A stretch of 64,000 bases of DNA, from contig CAYFNR010000001.1 in NCBI GenBank assembly GCA_964344605.1, positions 23,439 to 87,438 of the forward strand, in the 5' to 3' direction. This DNA comes from Candidatus Woesearchaeota archaeon. GTDB taxonomy: Archaea; Nanobdellota; Nanobdellia; UBA10117; ARS21. Numbering within the stretch: position 1 is the first letter of the stretch; every line of letters starts with the position of its first letter. Shown piece after piece: positions 57,140-64,000 of the stretch. A model generated the notes under the pieces. That model was not told the origin of the DNA. It saw only the letters and a program-made list of their open reading frames with translations, and made no database searches. The position numbers and the translations under genes were made by a program.

Positions 57140-58978
57140 TTAAACACCTTCAAATATTTCCTCTGCCATTTTAAGATCATTTACATCATCAATCTCAAAC
57201 CACTTACCTTTCGTCTCAGGTGCTGAGATTGTACATCCCTTAGTTACGATATTCTTAAAAATTGTTTCAATTGGTTCCGTTCCGCCAGTTTCTTCAATGT
57301 GAGTCTTTAGCTCAGGTTTGAGCCAAGTATTAATGAACTCTTTCGAAAAGCTATGTATATTTACAGTTTTGTATTTGTTCTCAATTTTGAATTCCTCTGG
57401 CCTGTCTTTTTTATGTATCCACGCCTTGACTATCCCATTATCAACTTCCACAAAAGACCCATCTAACTTTGAGTTCCACTTTTCTACCAAGGTTTTGTTC
57501 TTGTGTTTATCATCTATGAACGATTTAAGTAACTTGCTTTCAAAGAAGATGTCACCTTCTAAAATTAACAGATCTTCATCCAAATTTTTTATTCCAATCC
57601 ATAAAGAATAGCTGTTGTTTGTTTTATCATAAATATTACTTTTGATATATTTTATTTTAATCCTTTTAAAGGAATCTCCAATTTTTTCTTGGATTTTGTT
57701 CGCCAAGTATCCTACAACAAGTGTAACTTCGTTGATTCCAAATTCATTTAATCTACTAAGTGTGTTTTCAAGTATTGATTTACCATTTATTTTAACAAGA
57801 CATTTTGGTATATCGTCAGTGACAGGCTTTAAGCGAGTTCCCATGCCAGCAAGTAAAATAATAGCTTTTTTTGGTTTAACCGTTTTTGAAGTAGATGGAC
57901 TAAAACCAACTCTACATAATACTTCTTTAAAATTTTTAAGGAAGCTGTCAATATCTTCTTTGAACAAATTCCCAAGAGTTGCAACTCTAAATATACCTTT
58001 GTCTAAAGTACTTTGTCCGGAGTATATTGTAAAACCTCTCTTTTTCAGTTCGTCGTGTATTACCCAGTAATCCATATCTTTTGGTAAGTGTATTGAAGTG
58101 AGTATATTTGATTGCAAGTTATCTGGGAGTATAAATTTAAACCCCATTTCACGTAGACCTTCGCGCATATACTCCGCGTTTTCTTTCTGCCGTTTAATTC
58201 TGTTCTCTACTCCTTCTTTAATTAGCTCATCAAGTGCTTTGTCCAAGGCAAAAAATAATTGTACAGCTGGAGTAAAAGGTAGCTGCTTACTTTTTTCTGC
58301 ACTTTCCCATTGATTATACAGATTAAAATAGAAACTACGAGATTTACCTTTCAGTTTTTCTATATCACTTTTTTTCGCTATAACAAAAGAGATTCCAGGA
58401 AAACTTTGTAGACATTTATTGGCACTAACAGTACAGAAATTAATATTATCTTTTACTACATCTATTTTATATCCCCCAAGACTGCTGATAGTATCTGCAA
58501 CGGTAATTACACCATATTTTTTGGCCAACTGTCCTAAGTCATGTAGAGGTAGAATCATTCCAGTTGTGGTCTCGTGGTGCACAAAAACCATATGTGTAAT
58601 ATCTGGGTTGGATTCTAACTTTGAGTCTATTTGTCCCAAATCAATTGGTTTTAATGGGTCAAATTTGAGCTCAATTAGAGGTATATTGTAGCGTTCTGTT
58701 ATTTCACCAAGTCTTTTTGCATACTTACCATTATTTATCAGTAAAACTTTTCCGTGAATAGAAGATATAATTGCTTCATTACATCCTGTACCTGATGATA
58801 CGAAAGCAACAACTGAATGAGTCTCTTCACCATTCACAACTTTCAAAAGTTTCTTTCTAACTTTTGTTAAAACCTCAAAGAATTCTGACTCTCTGTGACA
58901 TATATCGTGGGTCTTGATAGCATTTCGGACTCCATTAGAAACATTTGTTGGGCCCGGATTAAAGAGCATATTTTTCAT
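57140..58978 (-). CDS. Fusion of a 2-aminoethylphosphonate:pyruvate aminotransferase-like domain (class V) and a LicC/PntC-type nucleotidyltransferase
   Basis: PhnW-like blocks LFNPGPTNVS, VHHETTTGMILPL, SANKCLQSFPGISFVIA, FRVATLG. The C-terminal half has AIILLAGMGTRLKPVTDDIPKCLVKINGKSIL. The track start at 59020 is TTG; the ATG at 58978 or 58969 is preferred. Confidence 0.85.
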   Translation of the reverse strand: MKNMLFNPGPTNVSNGVRNAIKTHDICHRESEFFEVLTKVRKKLLKVVNGEETHSVVAFVSSGTGCNEAIISSIHGKVLLINNGKYAKRLGEITERYNIPLIELKFDPLKPIDLGQIDSKLESNPDITHMVFVHHETTTGMILPLHDLGQLAKKYGVITVADTISSLGGYKIDVVKDNINFCTVSANKCLQSFPGISFVIAKKSDIEKLKGKSRSFYFNLYNQWESAEKSKQLPFTPAVQLFFALDKALDELIKEGVENRIKRQKENAEYMREGLREMGFKFILPDNLQSNILTSIHLPKDMDYWVIHDELKKRGFTIYSGQSTLDKGIFRVATLGNLFKEDIDSFLKNFKEVLCRVGFSPSTSKTVKPKKAIILLAGMGTRLKPVTDDIPKCLVKINGKSILENTLSRLNEFGINEVTLVVGYLANKIQEKIGDSFKRIKIKYIKSNIYDKTNNSYSLWIGIKNLDEDLLILEGDIFFESKLLKSFIDDKHKNKTLVEKWNSKLDGSFVEVDNGIVKAWIHKKDRPEEFKIENKYKTVNIHSFSKEFINTWLKPELKTHIEETGGTEPIETIFKNIVTKGCTISAPETKGKWFEIDDVNDLKMAEEIFEGV

Positions 58979-59041
58979 TGGCCTAATTTTAGAGTAGTCG
59001 CTTAAAAGGATTTCGCGCAATTATTCTATATTACTCTTCTA

Positions 59042-60691
59042 CTATTCTTTTTGGGACAGCATTTCACAAGCATCTTTATAATTTTGGAAAGTATTCATTT
59101 CTATCCAACCTTCACTAACTTCTTGCGCGTATATGGTATGTCCTTGATTAATCATTTCTTGTAAGGTGTGATCCATATCCAAATTTTTAACTTCACCCTT
59201 TTCCACCAATTTTCTTACAGTATCCTTAAATGAGTTGGTTCCTTTCTTCGAAAGCAAGGTTACTCCACAAAACTCAAAGTTTGCCTCAGTCCTAGGTATG
59301 TCTTGTCCTATTTGAGAAATTATGTTATACTTTCGAGGATTTAGAATCCTAGAACCTTTAATTGGAGAGTATTTAGCAACTACAAGATCTAGTTTTTTGT
59401 CTTTGAATTTGGACTTAGTATAAGATTTATCAATTGATATAGTTATGTCTTTATCACTTTTTAATAACTTTTCAATCAGTTCAGGCTCAAATAAAATGTC
59501 TCCAAAAAGTACCAAAACACGACCTTCCAGTTCTTCTTTGGCAAGCATTATTGAATGTATAGATCCTGAATTTTCATAATCTTCATTAATAATGACGGAA
59601 ACATCTTCAACATCAGAAGCATTTAATCTTTCATGATTATATCCTGCTACTAAGATTATCTTCGTTATTCCTAAGCTTTTCAGACCCTCTATATTCCGTT
59701 TTAGTAAAGATTTACCATTTATGTCAAGTAATGCCAAAGGAGTTTCTGGCAAAACATGTGCTAGGGATTTTGGTGGACGCCCCGCGATAGGTATTATTGC
59801 AGTAATAGACTCTTTGTCTAATCCTAGAAACCGTTCTTCATTAGCCTTCATTTCATAAGTTCCTTGTAGCTCAAACACCTCTTTTAACGTAGCTAGTTTT
59901 GGGCTGACTGTTTTTACTCCACCAGATATTTGTATCTCATCCAGAGTTTCCTTAACGGATTTTATTATAGAACGCATTACGTGATTTGCATAAATTACCA
60001 TTTTTATTTTAGGGTATCTTGATATCATTTTTTCATCCATGCCTGAGTATGTTGTTGGCACAATTACTAGTGGCACGTTTTTATCCCATTTCTTTACGAA
60101 CTCTATTATCTCTGTAGGGTCAGATTTTTTAGAATGTATCATTATACCATCAACACCAGCTTCAACGTACGCCTTCGCGCGTTTCATTGCTTCTTCTTGT
60201 CCCCAGCCTGCAATCAAAGCTTCTACTCTTGCTATGACCATAAACTCTTTTGTTTCCTGTGCGTTTTTTGCCGCCATTATCTTTCCAACAAATTCAGAAA
60301 CAGAGGCCAGTTCTTGTCTGCCGCCAGCAAGTAAACTATTTTGCTTTGGAAATTTTTTATCTTCCATGATGACCCCGGCGATTCCAGCAGCTTCAAACTT
60401 TTTAATCATCCTTATCACATTCATGGAATTACCATATCCTTGATCAACGTCCACGACCACAGGTATTGATACAGCATCGTTCATACTTATAGCAGCATTC
60501 AGATAGTCAGTCATAGTTAAGATATTTGCATCTGGGACTGCATGAGATGCCGATACTTCCAAAGAGGATGCCCAAACACCTTCGAATCCACCCCCCTCTA
60601 CTAATTTAGCAGTGGCTCCGTTGTGAGCACCAACAATCCGAATTAACTTTTCACTTGCAAATAATTCTCTTAGTGCAGCTGCTTTATTCAT
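59042..60691 (-). CDS. pepM: Phosphoenolpyruvate mutase fused to a C-terminal (divergent) nucleotidyltransferase domain
   Basis: IVGAHNGATAKLVE, VDVDQGYGN, and the PepM-discriminating EDKX5NS motif as EDKKFPKQNS (codons 60335-60364). The C-terminal ~250 aa is LicC-like with a degenerate G-loop (PIAGRPPKSL). Confidence 0.9.
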   Translation of the reverse strand: MNKAAALRELFASEKLIRIVGAHNGATAKLVEGGGFEGVWASSLEVSASHAVPDANILTMTDYLNAAISMNDAVSIPVVVDVDQGYGNSMNVIRMIKKFEAAGIAGVIMEDKKFPKQNSLLAGGRQELASVSEFVGKIMAAKNAQETKEFMVIARVEALIAGWGQEEAMKRAKAYVEAGVDGIMIHSKKSDPTEIIEFVKKWDKNVPLVIVPTTYSGMDEKMISRYPKIKMVIYANHVMRSIIKSVKETLDEIQISGGVKTVSPKLATLKEVFELQGTYEMKANEERFLGLDKESITAIIPIAGRPPKSLAHVLPETPLALLDINGKSLLKRNIEGLKSLGITKIILVAGYNHERLNASDVEDVSVIINEDYENSGSIHSIMLAKEELEGRVLVLFGDILFEPELIEKLLKSDKDITISIDKSYTKSKFKDKKLDLVVAKYSPIKGSRILNPRKYNIISQIGQDIPRTEANFEFCGVTLLSKKGTNSFKDTVRKLVEKGEVKNLDMDHTLQEMINQGHTIYAQEVSEGWIEMNTFQNYKDACEMLSQKE

Positions 60692-60710
60692 GCGCCGAAA
60701 TCTTTGATAA

Positions 60711-60725
60711 ATGTATATAAGTATT
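60711..60725 (-). promoter_or_regulatory. TATA-box candidate for the pepM operon
   Basis: The minus strand reads aatacttatatacat, with TATA ending about 22 nt upstream of the pepM ATG (leaderless-type spacing). Confidence 0.35.
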
Positions 60726-60739
60726 ATGAAAACGAAGTC

Positions 60740-61444
60740 TCATTTATTTTTCATAGACTTCTTATCATATTTTAATACAGTTCTTAATTGCATTGCTAGA
60801 ATTACTATCCAAAATAAATTACCAAATGTTGCAAAGAAAATTAGAATCCATTCTGCTAAATTAAGTGCTACCAATATTGGCAGGAACACAAATAGTGTAG
60901 ATGTCCCATATACAAACCGCAGTTTGTTCTTTTTATTTATCAATTTTATTTTTCTCTTTGACAGTAAAGGATCAAAATCATATTTGAAAATATAAATTAT
61001 AAGAAATTGTAGTGGGAAGCATATTGCTGCTAGTGTTCCCCAAAGTAGCCAAGTATATTCTCTTAGTCCTAAAGCTACAGACAGGAAAATAAAAGGCAAT
61101 GATAAGTATCCAATCATACTGTCCAGCCACTTACCTTTCAGGCTTGATAATTTCATTACTCTAGCCATTTTTCCATCGAGGTGATCCAAAATGTAAGTCA
61201 AGAAAATTAAAATAGCACCGAGTAGTCTGTAGGTATAAGGGTTGTTGCTGAAGCCACTAAAACCTAAAAATGCCAGACCACCAATCATTACAAAAATTGA
61301 AAGATAAGTTATTTGATTTGGAGTTATACTTGTATATCTGAGCATAAATTTGGTTAAAGGTATGGTTACTTTCCTAAATAAATATCCCAAAATATCAGTT
61401 TCTTTGTTTTTAACCATTAGCTTCAAGTCATATTTTTTCTTCAT
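60740..61444 (-). CDS. CDP-alcohol phosphatidyltransferase family membrane protein
   Basis: 234 aa, polytopic. The motif DHLDGKMARVMKLSSLKGKWLDSMIG matches DxxDGxxARx8GxxxD but has Gly in place of the final Asp. Confidence 0.7.
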   Translation of the reverse strand: MKKKYDLKLMVKNKETDILGYLFRKVTIPLTKFMLRYTSITPNQITYLSIFVMIGGLAFLGFSGFSNNPYTYRLLGAILIFLTYILDHLDGKMARVMKLSSLKGKWLDSMIGYLSLPFIFLSVALGLREYTWLLWGTLAAICFPLQFLIIYIFKYDFDPLLSKRKIKLINKKNKLRFVYGTSTLFVFLPILVALNLAEWILIFFATFGNLFWIVILAMQLRTVLKYDKKSMKNK

Positions 61445-61531
61445 ATCACAGTGTTTGAGTAGGGTTATTTAAGTCTAGTGAAACGAATTTCCCTTCATAA
61501 TACTTTTATTTTCTATCAAAAAAGTTCTACT

Positions 61532-62542
61532 ATGCTAAACTATGGTTTGATTGGATGTGGATCTGTGGGAAAAGTACATTGTCATCATTTCTCAGAAGAC
61601 GAAAGAATTAGCAGAGTGGTTGTGTGCGATACAAGCCAGCTAGCTTTAAATTATTTTAGAGAGAATTTTAAAATAGATGAAGTTTATTCTGACTACAAGA
61701 AGATGTTGGAAGAGGAGGACTTAGATATAGTTTCTGTCGCGACCCCTCCAGGATATCATTTAGAACACGCTAATGCCGCAGCATTTAGTGGGTCCCATGT
61801 ACTGTGTGAGAAACCCCTTGCTGCAACATTGGACGACTCAATTGAGATTGTTGAGTACTTCAAAAAACAAGGATTAAAATTGGGAGTCATGATGCCTCGT
61901 AGATTTTATAATAACAGCCAAGTTTTGAAGGACGCCCTGGACAATGGCGCGCTTGGAGATATAACTCAAGTACAGCTTAACTTCAAAGCGAATAAAGACA
62001 AATTTTACTATAGAGGATGGAGGGCCAGAAAGTCTGAGGCCGGAGGTGGCATATTACCTAGCCAAATGATTCACTCTTTAGACCGCTTGATATTTTTGTT
62101 TGGTAAACCGGTTAAAGTTGAAGGTATGGTTCGGACAACCCGTAATTATTTAGAAATTGAAGATGAAGTGGACGCAAAAATATGGTTTGATAATGGTGTT
62201 GAGGCAGAGATAACAGGTACAAATAACTCTGACCAGAACTGGAGGGATCCATTATATATTGGTGGGGAGAAGGGCATGGCAGTTATAGAGTCTTGCGAAA
62301 CTTTTGGATGGAGAGTTCCAGGTTTTGATAGACCAGAAGTCGACGAAAGAGATGATATCCCTCGGAGATTTAAGAATGAATACTATGGTCCTGGACATGA
62401 AGGTGTGATTGAGGATTTTATATCATCAGTAATTGAAGACAGAGAACCGAAAATAACTGCTGAACAGTCTTTGGATGTGCTCAAAGTAATATTTGGCATA
62501 TATAGGGCGTCTGAGGAAGGAAAAGCAGTTAATTTAGTTTAG
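61532..62542 (+). CDS. Gfo/Idh/MocA family oxidoreductase
   Basis: GLIGCGSVGKVH Rossmann motif and the CEKPLA motif. The track start at 61478 is GTG; the ATG at 61532 is preferred. Confidence 0.85.
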   Translation: MLNYGLIGCGSVGKVHCHHFSEDERISRVVVCDTSQLALNYFRENFKIDEVYSDYKKMLEEEDLDIVSVATPPGYHLEHANAAAFSGSHVLCEKPLAATLDDSIEIVEYFKKQGLKLGVMMPRRFYNNSQVLKDALDNGALGDITQVQLNFKANKDKFYYRGWRARKSEAGGGILPSQMIHSLDRLIFLFGKPVKVEGMVRTTRNYLEIEDEVDAKIWFDNGVEAEITGTNNSDQNWRDPLYIGGEKGMAVIESCETFGWRVPGFDRPEVDERDDIPRRFKNEYYGPGHEGVIEDFISSVIEDREPKITAEQSLDVLKVIFGIYRASEEGKAVNLV

Positions 62543-63291
62543 TCGTCTCCATAATACTCTTTCTCATAAACCTTGAAATCGTGACCCGGCAAAATAAAAT
62601 CTGAATTTGTTTTTATCTTTTCAAAACTTTCCCAAGTACCAATTATGTCCATATAGCGTCCTATCATCGTAAATTTGGCACGCTTTTTTTCGTCAAACTG
62701 AAAGTTTTCATAAGACATGACAGCATCTCCACAGATACAGTATGTTCCTTTATTTGTGTCAACCAAAACTGACTGATGGCCAGGAGAATGTCCATAAGTT
62801 GCTATTACTTTAACACCAGGAGTGATTTCCGCATCCCCATCTATTAGTTCAAATTTCGTATTTTTCCAAGATGGTTCTATATTGTTTTTGTTGAAGTCGT
62901 AGGAGTTCCAGTAAGGCGGAATTGGTTTTTTTGCAAATTCCAATTCTTTTCTCTGAACATAGAATTTAGCGTTGATGAACTTGTCATGGTTTGCACAGTG
63001 GTCCCAATGTAAGTGAGTAAAAATAACAATGTCAATTTCCTCCGGAGAAATCCCTGCTACTTTCTTCAACGATAAATCAATCCTTTCATTTGGGCCCTGT
63101 ACGGAATCAGGATAGTTTGTTGCATTTTCGCTGCTACACATTCCTGTATCAACCAATATTTTCTTTTCACTCGTAAGTATGAGCCATGCAGTAGATGGAA
63201 CATAAATTGTTTTATCCAAGTCTTTTCCAAGAGTTATAGTCATGCCTTTATTGCATTTAATCTGCCCAGTTTTTATTGGAATAATTTTCAT
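62539..63291 (-). CDS. Metallo-beta-lactamase-fold hydrolase
   Basis: 250 aa with HLHWDH (HxHxDH), plus downstream His/Asp ligands (YGHSPGH, CGDA, PGHD). Confidence 0.85.
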   Translation of the reverse strand: MKIIPIKTGQIKCNKGMTITLGKDLDKTIYVPSTAWLILTSEKKILVDTGMCSSENATNYPDSVQGPNERIDLSLKKVAGISPEEIDIVIFTHLHWDHCANHDKFINAKFYVQRKELEFAKKPIPPYWNSYDFNKNNIEPSWKNTKFELIDGDAEITPGVKVIATYGHSPGHQSVLVDTNKGTYCICGDAVMSYENFQFDEKKRAKFTMIGRYMDIIGTWESFEKIKTNSDFILPGHDFKVYEKEYYGDD

Positions 63292-63332
63292 ATCTTAGAA
63301 AGTGTTAAAAGCTTGAGCACTTCTTAAAAATT

Positions 63333-63953
63333 ATGAAACTCTATATTGTTAGGCATGGAGAAACCACAGCCAACGTCGACGATGTTCTTCAAGGACAACT
63401 TCCAGGTGCTCTCAATGATTTAGGATATAAACAGGCAGAATTAATTGCGAAGACTCTCAAGGATATAAAATTTGATATTATCTTGTCTAGCGATCTAAAA
63501 AGGGCAAAAGATACGGCAGATGAAATAGCAAAGTTTCATACTTGTCCCTATAAGACCAACAGGAATTTGAGAGAAAGGCATTTTGGAGTCTATCAAGGCA
63601 AAGACAGAACACCTTTTTACGAAAGTGAAAGGGGGTCGAAAAATCCTTACTTACACAAGCCAAAAGAAGGAGAAAGTTTTACTGACCTTTACAACCGGGC
63701 CAAAAAGTTCTTGAATAAATTGGAGAAAGAGTACAGTACTAAAGTTGTGTTATTGGTTTCGCATGGAGATATAACAAGAATGATTCTGGGAGTCCTCTTA
63801 GGTAAGGACGTTGAAGGAGCATCTCAAGTAAAGCAATCAAATGCATGCATAAATATTCTTGAAGTAGGTAAAAATCTTAAGAGCAAGGTTGTAGAGTTAA
63901 ACTCAACAGAACATCTTGGAGAATTTGTGAGTCATAATCCTTCTGAAATCTAA
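63333..63953 (+). CDS. Histidine phosphatase (phosphoglycerate-mutase superfamily)
   Basis: LYIVRHGETTAN RHG motif, RERHFG, and a VSHGD second His. Confidence 0.85.
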   Translation: MKLYIVRHGETTANVDDVLQGQLPGALNDLGYKQAELIAKTLKDIKFDIILSSDLKRAKDTADEIAKFHTCPYKTNRNLRERHFGVYQGKDRTPFYESERGSKNPYLHKPKEGESFTDLYNRAKKFLNKLEKEYSTKVVLLVSHGDITRMILGVLLGKDVEGASQVKQSNACINILEVGKNLKSKVVELNSTEHLGEFVSHNPSEI

Positions 63954-64000
63954 GTTAAAAGCTTGTTTAACTCTTTCTCTAGATCATCCGCACCTGTAAA

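Noticed and set aside
30144-62542. Treating the accessory locus as a mobile genomic island
   Set aside because: No integrase, transposase, flanking tRNA or direct repeats are visible. Composition does not obviously differ from the core region by eye, though I did not compute this.

Overview
AT-rich, tightly packed archaeal chromosome segment; many genes overlap by 1-4 nt or sit 0-2 nt apart. The archaeal call rests on PolD DP1/DP2, Orc1/Cdc6, membrane LonB, RadB, Hef/XPF, a presenilin-type protease and a type-2 MetAP. A small-genome, DPANN-like lineage is only an inference. Roughly 1-30 kb is core information processing and housekeeping. It includes a canonical replication origin (inverted ORB-like boxes flanking an AT-rich unwinding element) between cdc6-DP1 and a PadR-like gene plus DP2. 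Roughly 30-62 kb is an accessory cell-surface glycan and head-group locus with SDR epimerases, DUF354, a B12-radical SAM enzyme, a GtrB-like GT2, a GT-C, a Wzx flippase and a GT4. The most interesting part is 46-61.5 kb. (a) A syntenic trio matches the Campylobacter Cj1416/Cj1417/Cj1418 cytidine-diphosphoramidate (P-N bond) pathway. (b) A PEP mutase phosphonate (C-P bond) module carries the EDKX5NS signature and an AEP-transaminase fusion but no phosphonopyruvate decarboxylase. (c) There are five nucleotidyltransferase domains and three divergent CDP-alcohol-phosphotransferase-like membrane proteins. By eye I saw no rRNA, tRNA, CRISPR array, transposase or integrase. All functional calls rest on motifs read from the supplied translations; no database search was run.
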